The notes beneath the pieces are model-generated. The model worked only from the letters and a program-made list of their open reading frames with translations. It did not search any database and was not told the DNA's origin. A DNA stretch of 63,621 nucleotides, counting the filler, from Reticulomyxa filosa (Eukaryota > Protista > Foraminifera), in the NCBI GenBank assembly GCA_000512085.1. It is 15 parts of 15 records of this genome, joined end to end, with 100 filler letters (N's around TTAATTAATTAA, not from the genome) between each part and the next. Parts side by side here need not be neighbours in the genome. Positions count along the whole stretch, not along the records: positions 1 to 4,048 come from ASPP01004068.1; positions 4,149 to 5,703 come from ASPP01004892.1; positions 5,804 to 12,740 come from ASPP01022227.1; positions 12,841 to 15,541 come from ASPP01038698.1; 11 more parts are not named here. One strand, given 5' to 3'. The translations under genes and the position numbers were made by a program. This document shows positions 1 through 12,841 of this stretch, in pieces; the first letter of the stretch is position 1; every line of letters begins with the position of its first letter.

Positions 1-111
1 CCTTGATATTTATTTGTTTTTTTTTATATTTTAAAGATTAAATTAAAGCTTAAAATTTTTTTTTCACTTGTTGATTGTGTGTGAGTTTTTGATATGCTTT
101 GTTGATCTTTT
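1..111 (-). repeat. Dispersed repeat, reverse complement of ~39217-39332; both copies lie near LINE remnants
   Basis: Direct comparison: ...ttgattgtgtgtgagtttttgatatg... vs ...catatcaaaaactcacacacaatcaa... Confidence 0.75.
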
Positions 112-213
112 CCTTTTTTTGTATGCGTTTATTAGAGTACTGTGTTCCTTTTGGGAGGTGCTCATTTTAACTTGGATAAGATTTTATTCTTGCTAAAAAA
201 AAGCATACTATAC

Positions 214-720
214 AGATGCGCCATTGGAATTAAGAATGTAGCAAGAAGAAGTGAAATTTTATCACAAATGCATTCGATTGAGTAAGATATTCACAAATTA
301 CAATCTAACAATGGCATATCAATTGTGGAGAAGCAATTATGATATTGAAAGTGGTGTAAAGATAAATTGATGGAAATTACCCTCACTATCAATATATTCA
401 CGCATTTGAAGCTAATGTTCCAAGGTACAGCCTTATCAATATCCGCACCCAAGCAAATTGCCAACCAGATTGCGATTGAAGTTTTAAACCAGATCCAGCA
501 GGATTGGTCATCCAAGACCCATTAATCACAGTTCCCAATCAAAGGAATTACAATAATTATATGCAATGAAATCGGAGCAATTCGAAAACCAGAACAAAAA
601 CGAGATTAGTTGTAATTCTATCTGATTGTAAATTTGTTGTGAATAAAAACCACATAATATCCCAAACATTTTAAAAGATTGTTTTGCATCGATTGGAGGT
701 AAAGTGCTGATTCATCGGAT
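214..720 (+). mobile_element. Degenerate LINE ORF2 fragment (post-RT region towards RNase H)
   Basis: Translates as PLELRM*QEEVKFYHKCIRLSKIFTNYNLTMAYQLW, matching PLELRRQQEEIKMYHRCIQLSEQFPSHNMSIAYRLW of the LINE at 13268-15490; has stops and frameshifts. Confidence 0.75.
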
Positions 721-1727
721 TGCAAATGCTGTGAAGTGAACATTCTAACTGAATGTCAATACTATCAAGGACTTAGAAATCTATGGCGAGCAGCAATCAA
801 TACATTGCTGCAAGAAAATTGTAATTTTTACGTTTTTCTTTATATTGTGACATGACTTTGTTTGGTTCAGGTACATTAGCTTGCTTTTGTTTACACTTTT
901 GGTGTATAGGGTCTCGACAGCGATGTTCTTTTAAATCGCTTTGTACCATCTCACAAACCAAAGCACAGATGCTCTTCCACGCTTCCAAAATTGATCTCTT
1001 TCATTACCATAACATTTCCCTCCTTGTTTCCATATCCCTTTCGTTCCCAATTTACCGTGTCCTAGTCCTTTCATCGGATCACACTTGGTCGAAACATTTT
1101 GACATTCTTTGGAACAAGTGTTTACATGGATTGATCATTTCTTGGGTTGTTTGCCAGAGTAGTTTTAGTAACTTTTTTGAGTTGCTCTTGCTTCAAAAGT
1201 TTGTACGTAAGATTCAAGCCAGCAAGCTATTTATAACAATACTCTTTCATCATACTTTTGAAATTCTGTTTGAACACATTCAACGTTATCCTTTTTTATT
1301 GTTTGTTCAAAAAAAAGGGCGAGATTTGTCATAAAAATTCTAACTAATCTCTTTTAGGCGCTGAGGTTGCTATGCAAATGTTTAACAATTTCAGCATCTA
1401 ACTGTGACACTAAATCTGTATCTTTATTCGCTGATACTGGAATAATGCAAACCTTGTTAATATTTAATGATTTAAATTGTGTAAATAAATTTTGTATTAA
1501 TTCGTGTAATGAATTGATGTTTATCGAATTACAATTTCACTCGAAATTGTTTGGCAATTCTTTTAAAGCTTGGCATTTTTTTTAGAAAAATACTAAAACT
1601 TGTGATAATATTTAAACTTTACAAGGCTACAGAGTTTTCACTTGACCGTAGGTTAACAACAGTAAAACTGAGTCAACTTTTAAAGAAAAATCCTCTATTG
1701 CAAGTCCAAAAAAAAGAGCATTTTTAA

Positions 1728-2931
1728 ATGAATGCAAAGCAAAGCACTACCTCTGTCAATCAAATTAGTACAAAATTGAACACTGTTACTGATGAAAAAC
1801 GAAACGTGACACTACAATTGGTAAGGTTTCTTCTCGTTCAGTTTTGGCTTGTCGTTGAACCAGAGTGTATGAACAAAAAAAGTCAGAAAAAGAAATAAAA
1901 TATGTAATTCAAAATTGGTTGCGAATTTTAGATATCAAATTAGGATGGGTCTGTGATTTTGATAACATTGTTGTCAAATATGTTTAGTCATTTATTTTAT
2001 TTCCCAAAAAATGTGTAAAACAAAAAGTTTATTATTAAGCATGAAATCTATGCAGGCTAAATATTTCCAATTGAAGAAAGTTTTAAAAGGGGATCACGGC
2101 AAAATAAAGAGTGTAAGATTTTCACCAGATGGTCACAAGGTTGTTTCATCAGAAGATAAAACAATTTACATATGGGAAATTAAAACTGAAAAAAAACAAT
2201 GTCTCAAAGGACATTCGAATATCATTTGTTTCACAGAATTTTCACCAGATGGGAATAGTATCATATCTTGTTCGCAGGATGAGACAGTTCGATTGTGGGA
2301 TGTAAAAACAGGAAGAGAGATTATGACATTTAGTGATGGTTTAGGTTCAGTATGGCATATTAATTCTTCTTCAGATGGTAAATATGTTGTATTAGGCTCA
2401 CACGATAAAACAATAAGATTATTGGATATCAATTCTGGAAAAGTAATTCAAAAATGGGTAGGTCATTCTCTTGGTGTATGTAACGTACAATTTTCACCAG
2501 ATAATCAAAAGATTCTATCATCGTCTTTTGATGAAACATTTTATTTATGGGACGCAATATCAGGGAAAAAGTTGAAAGAATTAATAGGACATAAAGGTTA
2601 TGTATATCGTGCAAGATTTTCTCCAGATGGTCAATGTATTGTATCTTGTTCATCTGACAAAACGATTCGACTGTGGGATGTAGCATCGGGAAAAAACTTG
2701 AAAATATTGAAAGGACATACAAGTTATGTGGAAGATGTAGGATTTTTTCCAGATGGTCAGACTGTTGTATCTTGTTCGTCTGACAAAACCATTCGTTTGT
2801 GGGACATAAAATCAGAACAGGAAATACAACATTTGGAAGGACATCTACATATTTCAAGCATAGATGTTTCACCAACTGGTGATACAATTGTGTCATGTTC
2901 TTATGATAATACAATCAAATTATGGGGATAA
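1728..2931 (+). CDS. WD40-repeat protein (7 repeats); exons 1728-1820, 1883-1981, 2056-2931
   Basis: Repeated GH...FSPDG...S.D.TIRLWD units; GT-AG introns keep the frame; exon 2 encodes the family module SEKEIKYVIQNWLRILDIKLGWVCDFDNIVVKY. Confidence 0.9.
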
Positions 2932-4048
2932 CATCAAATGTTTACATATTTTCCTATTCTCTGTGTTTTTTTGTTTGCCGTCATGATCTTTTTATTCTTT
3001 TTGGATTTTGTTTTCATTGAGAAATCTATTGTTAGTTACAAAGATATTTGCAAAAGATATCATGTAATTAAATTGTGGAATATGTTTTTGCTACTTCAAA
3101 ATTGCATTACATTTTTTGATTGTTCAATGTATCAAAATTTACAAAATGATTTAAAGATTACAGATAGCTAGAGTATTTGGATTTTTTTTATTTTTTCAAA
3201 AGAATTTTTTCTTTGAATAAAATCAAATTTTGTGAAGAAATTGATTGAATGATTATTTTCAAAAATAACAATGATAATACACAAAATATTAGTAAATAAA
3301 AAGTAGTACGTCTTCAATCTATGGAAATTAAAGTTGTATGGTGGGACCCGACTCACATGTACTAATTGTAATAAGAACAATAATATCAAGTAAAATATGA
3401 ATTGTTATTTGTGTGTAAATTACCGCATATTGATGACTCAACGCAATGTTTTTGCATTTCATCCAATCTATTCGACTAAACAAAAAAAAAAAGGCTATTT
3501 ATATTCCAAAAAGCTGCACAAGCAAAAAATAAGTAAATAAAGTAATAAAGTGGTTATAAAAGCAAGTGAAGAAGGAAAATGATAACTTTTGGATCTTTTG
3601 GATTGAGGCTGGCCAAGGGGTTGGTCTTGGTCTTGAATATCGGCTTGGTTGAATGGACGCTTTCGACTATGGCAAGCGGAAGAAGAAGCAGCGACGTTAC
3701 AAGCACTATCATTGTTTGGAGTGTGTTCGCCAGCTGCCTTGATGCTTGCATCAGAATCCGCTGTGATTTGCTTGTCGTCTACATTTACGTTGGATTGACC
3801 TCCTTCTTTCTGGTCAGTTGATTCAATTTGCTTTCGTACATAGCATACATTCCATACATACGTACTTTTGTGCACTTTTAGGAAACAACAAAAAATGTAA
3901 TTGAAACTGTTTGTTTGAGCAGCAGATCATCCAAATTTTCTTTCAAATCGGCGATTTCAGTACAAACATCAGCTCCGAGTTGCGCCTTCAGTTCTTTGTC
4001 TTGCAACACTTGATTTGCAAACGCCGAAATGGCTTGACTTTTTTTTTT

Positions 4049-4148
4049 NNNNNNNNNNNNNNNNNNNNNNNNNNNNNNNNNNNNNNNNNNNNTTAATTAA
4101 TTAANNNNNNNNNNNNNNNNNNNNNNNNNNNNNNNNNNNNNNNNNNNN
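4049..4148. other. Artificial contig spacer N44-TTAATTAATTAA-N44; also at 5704, 12741, 15542, 17743, 19779, 24378, 28195, 29324, 30770, 33034, 34226, 39117 and 61448
   Basis: Identical 100-nt linkers carrying a six-frame stop core. Confidence 0.98.
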
Positions 4149-4914
4149 TCTTTGATGTGAGGGGGTGGAGGATTTGTGAATTTTTTTTTTTTTGGCTTGT
4201 TTTGTTTTTCCTTTTATTGATTTTATTTGAATCTGGATAGGATTGCACAAATTTGGGAAAAAAAAAGGGTACTGTCAGTATTATGTCCAAACATTTAACG
4301 ATTTTGCGTTACAATTTCTTTTTTTCTCCCTGTCCAAAAGAAAAATAAATAATATCAGTAATATATGAGTAGCAAAGGTTTCTGTTTAATCTAATCTATA
4401 AATGTAGTCAAATAATTTTGCTTCGAAACTATCAATCAATTTATTATTGTTTCTTTTTTTTTTTTGACTCATAAAAAATTAACTCTATCTTAATTTGGAC
4501 ATAATTTTTTTTAAGCTGATAATAATACAAAAATAATTTTGTGAACGCAAAAAAAATAAAAAATTATAATCGGGAGCAAAAACTGTCACAAAAAAGAAAG
4601 TCTCACGGTGGTTAATCTTCTTTGTTTAAAAAATTATAATTTCTTTTTTAAAATTAAAAAATGGCAAAGATTAAAAACGATCTTGTGGATTATTCTAAAC
4701 GTGTTGGATATTTTTGTTATCCGCTTAAAATTTGAACGAAGAGGATCAAAGATGGGTACACTATTAAAATACGCTCTTCGTAGTGATTACCAATTAGGCT
4801 AGCACTCTTTCAAAGCTGAGCCCCAAAACAGTACAAAAAAAAGAGACTTGGCCACATGCACTGTACAAAACACCACACAAGCTGGACTTTTACACAAAGA
4901 AAAAATGCACTTGA

Positions 4915-5670
4915 TTAATTTTGTTTAGCGGTTTCTTTAATTAAGTATTCTTTTAAGTCACGGTTAATCAGCAACCCAATGCTCCATGGTGCAAACATGC
5001 GAACCATTCGTATGGATATACTACTAGGCAATTTTTTCACAGTTCGAGAAAGGCGCTCCCGAATCGAGGACTGAGGTTGGTTGTAATAATCCAACCCCAG
5101 AAGATGGCAAGGCGTGGTAATAAACTGTACCAATAATGGGAAAGAAATTTGTGCCGCTTGCCATTGTTGGTGTGTCCACTTATAGCGTCTTTGTTTCCCC
5201 CCCCGACAAATCCAAATTGCAAGCGACCATATGTCGTCATTTGTCTCCAAAAGTGTGTTCAATTGTCACAGAAACACACATTTCATTTCAAAACTTTTCC
5301 AAGTAGTCAGGTAAGACAACGGCCCCCAAAATGTGAAGACTATCACGAGCTGCCCACCACATATAGGAAGGCAATGGTAATTTGGAAGGCGGCTTGGTTC
5401 CGAATCTCTTCGCCAAAACAGGATCTTTGTAAAATATCGACAGACCACCATTCACTGCAAAAACCAACCAAAATTTCCAAAACGCTGTTGTTTGATCCGA
5501 TTGCCCGGTTTCTGCACACACACTTTCAGTGTAGTTCTTGGTTACATACGTCCCACCATATGTCACGGCGACGACACGATATTCTGGCAATCGGACATAT
5601 TTGTGTGGCCTTTTGACAATTGCCAAACACATTCAAGCCCAAAGGCATACAACACTTGTTAGAGTTGCTA
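4915..5670 (-). CDS. Partial uncharacterised membrane protein of a conserved protist/fungal family
   Basis: ORFs 5288-5632 and 4915-5262 read as consecutive exons; motifs AARDSLHI and AQISFPLLVQFITTPCHLLGLDYYN; 5' end lost at the contig edge. Confidence 0.55.
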
Positions 5671-5924
5671 TTTTTTTTTTTTTTTTTTTTAGCAACAGAA
5701 TACNNNNNNNNNNNNNNNNNNNNNNNNNNNNNNNNNNNNNNNNNNNNTTAATTAATTAANNNNNNNNNNNNNNNNNNNNNNNNNNNNNNNNNNNNNNNNN
5801 NNNTTTATTTATTTATACACATTTATATACTTTTATACTTTTATACATTGGTAATTTCGCATTATTGTGCAAAATACACACATACACATTCATGTATACG
5901 TATACGTGTGGTTACAAAAATTGA

Positions 5925-6270
5925 CACCTAATCTTCTCATCCAAAATAAAATTTCAAGACAATAGACAATCGAAATAAGTGCTGCCTCTGTAAAAATCAC
6001 CCCTTGGCAACAATGAATGTAATTCAACCAACAACCTTGCCCATCGCAAACGGCAAATGCGATCGCTATCAACAATAGCATCAACGCCATCCCATGGTAG
6101 AGCGTTGACAGTATTTGAAGACTTAAATTTGCGATGTCACCCTTTCGCCAGTGGCAATAATAGTACAAAACGATTACTATCTCCACTACCAACAACGCAC
6201 ACAAGCCCACAACGTACGCTCCAACGTTCATTGAATCCGCTTGTTTTGGTGAGCAGAGAGGGCCTGTCAT
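5925..6270 (-). CDS. First exon of a multi-pass membrane protein (partial)
   Basis: ATG-initiated ORF with three hydrophobic segments, followed by intron-like TA/CA repeats and the contig end. Confidence 0.5.
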
Positions 6271-7389
6271 TATTTACGAAATATAGAAAAAAGTCACGCT
6301 TTGACGCTTTATTTTTTATCTAATGTTGACTACCTCAACAACCAACATTCACCCCCTTTTTTTTTTTAAAAAACTTATGTTTCCGAGCGGTCGCTCGTAC
6401 GTGTCCTGTGTTTACCAGAATTTCATGAACATCACAAAATTATGTTTCATTTTTCATATAAGCAACTGCAAAGATTTTCGGAAAACAGAAATTGTATTTA
6501 CTTTTTCAAACATCCATTCAAGAGTTTGTGGTGAGGTGAAGAAGTGGACAACAACTGGAGGTGAAAAAAAAGACAAAAAGGATGATGTATTGAAGCTTGC
6601 AGCAACCAGAGGCTCCAAATAAAGTGAGTAAGCAATAGAAGAGTGCAACACGAAAAGTAATTTTTACTTTGGAAAAAGTGCAGAAAGTTTAAGGGAAAAG
6701 ATTTCAAGGTTCGTCTTAGCGCTGTTTCAACTCCTTTTTGTTTTATGAACGCCTGTAAATACAGAGGTCTTACAGACGGTGTCAAAGACTTATCGAAAAC
6801 ATTTTTTGCTACTTCGACCAATTTATTCTTTTGAGGAAAATGATCCTTCTGAGTAACAAGCTCAATTTTCTTTTAAATCGATTGTATCTTCCAATTTAGC
6901 TCGAATCCACTAAATGGATGATGCAAAACAATAAAATTGAAAAAAGCTGGAAAAAAACAACAAAAAATGTCAAGTTATGATAGCTTCTTTCGACACCTTT
7001 CCAAAACTTGAACAAAAAAAAAAAATCGATGCGCAATCATGAACAAGCAAATTCATTTGTGGAAGCAAGCTATGTGTAAAAACTTCTATCTTCGTAATTT
7101 GCAAAAAAAAAAATGATTAATTTGTGATTGGCGAAACGAACGAAATTGAATTACTACAGAATATGTTGGGAAGGATGCTTTAATAAAAAGTGGATTTTAC
7201 AATAGTATAGTGATAAAGAAATAAAATACTGCATTTGTTTGATTTGCAGACAAGTTCATATGAATTTAACTGCTGTCGACATAAAAGTATTGTTGGCGAG
7301 ATATGTTTGAAAAAAATACATAAGCGAAAGTAATTGTTGTATTTATGTAAAAAATACATTAGTACAAAACAAAATTTCAAATTAGTTAT

Positions 7390-8236
7390 AAGTTGCAAAG
7401 TAGCATTGCTCTTATTAAGGTTGTGACTGTTTTTTTGTAAATTTTTTCACATTATAATTCAAATCGTCTTTTGGTCTGAATGGTCTATTTTTGTATATTT
7501 TTGTTTTAATATCAACAGCAGATTTTCGATTGTTTCAGGTCTGGAAAATTTAGATGGAAATACAATAATTTGATAGCATTTTGTTCAAACTATTCTTTTA
7601 CTGTAATTACTGTGGTCTGGTGGCATTATCTTGATGAAATATACAATCTTCATTATATTCTAAACAGCAATAAATGATGTTGAACCTTTCATCAAATAGA
7701 ATTTCTTTGTAAATATCTGCATTGACAAATCTATCAATTTTACATGAATAATCAGGCATAACACTACAAGGTAAGACAACACAAAATTCATTATTGTACT
7801 TTTAACGAACGCAATTTCTTTGATTTCTTATTGACAAGTTTTTCAGTCTTGAACATCAGCTTACATTTACGCACAAACTCATGATTTACACGAAATTTTT
7901 TTGAGACTTTGCGCAAACTCCAGCACTGACTCAACAGCTTAACAGCACTTCATTTGCTAAAATTCTAAATTCATTTGGCAATTTCAAAAAAAATTAAAAT
8001 GGTTAAAAAACGCAAATATCGAACTATGCTGAGTTAAAAAAAAGAAAAGAGAATAAAGGACAAAATATTAAAATAATTAGGAAAGACGTAATAAAAAATC
8101 GAAATTATATTTAAAAACTACAAGATTTGTAGATATTTTTAAAAAAATTAGGTCTGAATGTTGTTTTTTAATGAAGAAAATCAATAGTCTCTAGAATGCG
8201 CCATTTTAGGTGTCAGCTTTAATTTGCATTATACTG
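7390..8236 (-). mobile_element. Degenerate Tc1/mariner remnant
   Basis: Minus strand gives IFHQDNATR and FPDLKQ..ENL-like remnants; 8090-8236 matches the TIR of the element at 25411-26971 and ends ACTG-TA. Confidence 0.7.
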
Positions 8237-8864
8237 TATGTAGAATATGATAAAAATTAAACTTATGCGAAATGCATTTTGATATTATGTCATATAGAAA
8301 ACATTGTCCGATATATTACATAATGTTTATTTGATAAAATTAGAAGATATTATAAATATTGAAAAAAAAGGACTGATTATAGCAAACATTTGAATATTGT
8401 TTGGTTGACTTGGGTCTAACTTTTTAAATAATCACTATTTACATATATACATATTCACAAATTCAAAAATTTTTTCTTTCGTAATTGCATAGCTTTTCTA
8501 AATGGTATGTACGAGCTTTTTGAAGTTAGGTGCGCTTTTGTGGTAGAGACAAAAAATCAAACAAAAACTTTCCCTTTCCAAAATCAGAACATGTTGTGAA
8601 TAAGACACAAAGCAAAACTTGTCGTGGTAGTGAATTGATACACAGATATCCTTTGATAGTGGCAAAAGATTAATGATTGAAAATGCGTAAAACATTTATG
8701 AAAAGTTCGAAAAGGGAAAACGGGAAAACAGAGGAGTTTAATTCATTTTGTTTTTTTGTAACGAATGACTTTAATCCATATATGTAAGATTTAAGTTTCC
8801 ATAATAGTTAATAAAACTTGAAGTAATTATAATTTTTTCAAAATGAGTGTATATTGAAATTTAG

Positions 8865-9380
8865 GTTCCAAAATTTTGGTAGAAATGTTCTGCATGAATG
8901 ATAGGAAAGATAACTGTCCTTGTTGCAAGCAACCCACGGTGACACCAATTACAGAGGTAACATTTATCAATTCGGAATATTCAATTTCTGCAAGTGATGG
9001 TTCACTGGACGAAAAAAAGAAAAACCATTGTCAAAAGAGTTATACAATTAAATCAGGATTAACATATACATTGCAAGCACGACAAATCAAACAGCATGCA
9101 ATAGATTTGGAAGATTTAAATGCTCGAAGTAAAGTTGCAATGGAAAGTGCATGTAATCCATCTCAAAAAATGACAAAACAAGATCTTCAGTCATTTTTAG
9201 TCAAATCAATTACAGATTATGAGCTTTATAAAAATACATGCAAGTACAATTGTTTGATTGTAATATTTGTAGACAGGAAAAAATGGAGATATATTAGTAG
9301 CAAGCGATGAAAAACAGATATCAATTGATAAAATAAGAACATTATTTAATTGCAATAAATTTCTTCAAAAAAGTAAAATA
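8865..9380 (+). pseudogene. Caspase-like (peptidase C14) gene remnant with an N-terminal Cys-rich segment
   Basis: CNPSQKMTKQDLQSFLVKSITDYELYKNTCKYNCLIVIF and, after a frameshift, GDILVASDEKQISIDKIRTLFNC align by eye to the caspase-like copy at 36180-36850. Confidence 0.6.
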
Positions 9381-10489
9381 CAAGTAAGTTATTTTTTAAC
9401 TAATCGGGGTCCCTTACGCGATCATCGAGAAGTCCATTGTTTATTATATTTTTGAAAAAACAAACAACAAACACAAAAAGCGTTAACATTGACCGACAAG
9501 ATTGTTTCCCCAAATGCTTCACGCTCAATCTTCCACTATCTTTCTTCAAAACGAAGAATGGTTTACAAAACCAAATCACCTTCAGAAGTATCAGTATGTC
9601 AAATTTGGAAATAGTGATATAATAGAGTCTCATAGAGAAACAGCATGTACAAATATTTCCTTGAAGAAAAGAAAAAAAAAATCATCATGCTTGGCACTAC
9701 TTTTTTTGCAATATTCAAATGTCTTCCCATTCCAAAACCTTCAAAAAAAATATAAACAAATAACTATAACGTTTTAACTGAATGTTCTTTTCACAAAACT
9801 CGAGACAAAAAATAATTTTTTTGTTTTTGTCCCACATTATCATGATTTTCTTTGGTTGATCGAAATTGTTTTTAATTCAAATCTTTTCATTTTTTATTCT
9901 TTTTAAAAAAGCAAAATTGTATAAACTGTTGGAAAATTTTTTGTCTGAATAATATCTAGTTTCCACGTCACTGGGCATAAAAAACCTCTAAAAAGTTCTT
10001 TTAGCTTTATTTCTTTGCAAAAAAAACTTGTTAATTGATATTATGCATACGTTTCATAAAAAAAGTTTACTTAATGCGTTTTTGTATGAGCCTACACTCA
10101 TATATGCATCAAAATAAACAGCTATTGTAAAAAAAAACAAATTAAAAGGTCTCTAATAGATGCCAAAAGCAAAGACTAAATATTTAAAAAAATAAAAAAA
10201 TATCAAAACAAATGAAAAAGCGAAAAAGAAAAATTTTGATCCAGCGGCGCCAAGAAATATTTCTTTTTGGTTTTTTATTTGTTTTGCCATTTTTTTATTT
10301 TTTCCACTGCGCAAAAAAAAATATTGGTTGGTAGTTTGTCTTTTCACATTAGAACGAGAATGCTTGTCAAATGTCAAACTATAACAAAAATGACAACTAT
10401 TTTCAAAGCTTAAAAAAGAAAAATAAAATTGAAGTCCAAACTAATTCAGTACGTTAGAACAAACTATTTTAATCGAGACTATTTTGAAT

Positions 10490-11060
10490 CGAGATTCGTT
10501 TGATCCATATTTTACACTAATGATCCATTTTTCATGTCCTTTGAATACATTCAATTGTTTAGTTTTTCAATATCCCATATTCGAATAGTATTATCAAATG
10601 ATCCAGAGCAAATGGTATATTCATTTCCACCAATCACACCAATACCATTACCTTCATTTTTGTTATTATTTTATAGTGGAGAAAAGAATTGTATTGTCAA
10701 CTGATGAAGAGCAAATGACATGACGATTATTATTATTATTATTATTATATGGTGAAAATTTCACACAATACACAGTATTTGAATGATCGAATTTGTCGAT
10801 TGGTCTCTACATCCCTACACGAACTGTTTTATCAGATGATCCAAAACAAATGAATTGATCACCATCAAATATTGAACAATCAATACTACACACATAACGG
10901 GTATGTCCACAAAAAGTTTTCAGTAATTTCGATGAGTAACGAAACGTGTCAAGCATGAAGAAAGGAGCAACCTATATCAAATGACGACTATTAAATAAGT
11001 ATTTGGACATTCGATTAATAAGAAAAAACATACATAATTGATAACAAGTTTGACAAAGTC
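10490..11060 (-). pseudogene. WD40 family pseudogene
   Basis: Frameshifted GIGVIGGNEYTICSGSFDNTIRIWDIE and FICFGSSDKTVRV remnants, paralogous to 16139-17461 and 34326-35164. Confidence 0.8.
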
Positions 11061-12841
11061 GAGAATTGCCCATTTTCAATTTTGTTGGTTTTTTCTTGAG
11101 CTTAAGTAGCTGCTGATGAGATAAGAATTTTTTTTATCACTTTTTATGAGGGCCCCGAAACGTGCAAACTACATTATCGATATATAATTAATTTGTCCAG
11201 ATCATTTTATTTGCTTATTCCTCTATTTAATTTTGAAGGATTGGAAGAAGTATGGCTAATTATTTTATCTATTTTCAATTTTTGTAGAAAGTTTTTAGAT
11301 TTCTCACATTGAGTTCACACAGCTATTGTTTACATGGCTTGCTAATTTTTGAAAAAGACAAAGAGAGATTGTATCATATCGAATTTAATTTCAAACTATT
11401 TCTTTTTTTTTTTCCTACGAGAATTGCTTTCCTGATCATTTATAATCTAATTAAAAACAAATATTGATAATGTCAGTAATATTTACATAAAGTATCATAC
11501 TTCAATTTTGTATTGTTCAAATTAAATTGTTATTAACTTAGTGATTCACAAGATGGCAAATATTGATATTACATAATTTTATTTCTTTCAAAGAACAACT
11601 AAACATAAATATCTTACTTCAAAAAATTAGTCTGTTTAAAATCACTAGATTGCTTACATTTTTTGGTGTGGCTGTTGGACGAAAAATATGTTCAATCGGG
11701 TGGATACTTTTGTAGTGAAAACAGCAAAGTATGTACTAAAAGTAGTTATTTTCCTTACAAAAAAGATATTAATTTAACTCTTGCATCTGTTTTTGCTTGA
11801 ATAATTTATTGCCACTTAAAACTTTATTTTTGTTGTTTTTTCAAAAAGGGCCGCATCACGTCTCCTTTTTTTAAAAAAATGAAAACTACTTAAAAAAAAT
11901 TCAGCAGCACTAATTCATTTGATCCGTATTTTATACTAATCACAGCTTCGAATACAATAACTTATTTGGGATCAATTTTCGCTTCTTATTGCCATGAATG
12001 ACCATTCTTTCAGTTTTTTGTCTTGACGAAAAAGTGCTTGAACTTTTTTCTCTAGCGCACATGAAAAAGTGGTTGCATTTGTGACAATACCTACTTATTC
12101 AATACGAAAAAACTTGAAATATACTTAAAATGATTGTTTACAAATCTTTTTTTAAAATACAAAATTTTACAAACAAGTGATAAACATCATTTTGAGCTTT
12201 TCAAAAAATTTTGAATATTTTGTCGCAAACCATAAACAGGAAAAAGTTGTAAATTTCCATCGATCATATCTATTGTTTCTATTTGTGAATATTATTTACC
12301 AATTTAAGAGCATTGGTTTGGACTAAAAGTGCAAATGTTTCACTAGACAGCATACAATTGTGTCCAGTTTATAAAGAATATGTACTCTTAACAATATCAT
12401 TACAATATTGTCAGTTGAACTCTTTTTCAAAAAAGAGTTTAATTCGTCACAATATCCAAATGTTGTGACAGTGATGGGTGCTTTAACATTTTTTTATAAA
12501 AAAGATACGTCCTTTCCATTTTATGAAGACTATCAATTTTCTCAATGAAAAAGAAACATTAAACATAATTTTTTTTTTTAAGCAATATCACAAAATTTAT
12601 TTTGAATTTTATTACCTTTTTCAATTGTATTTGATTTTTAATACTATTACAATTTAAATTGTTTTTGTTGTTTCTTAAATATTGAAATTCGTATTGTAGT
12701 TTTTAAATGGAATTTGTGTTGAATTTCGCTGTGTCGCAATNNNNNNNNNNNNNNNNNNNNNNNNNNNNNNNNNNNNNNNNNNNNTTAATTAATTAANNNN
12801 NNNNNNNNNNNNNNNNNNNNNNNNNNNNNNNNNNNNNNNNT

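Noticed and set aside
2011-2931. WD40 genes as true G-beta subunits
   Set aside because: They lack recognisable G-beta-specific motifs and belong to an expanded generic WD40 family.
4049-4148. Recurrent TTAATTAATTAA palindrome within N runs
   Set aside because: Artificial concatenation linker, not biological and not a CRISPR repeat.
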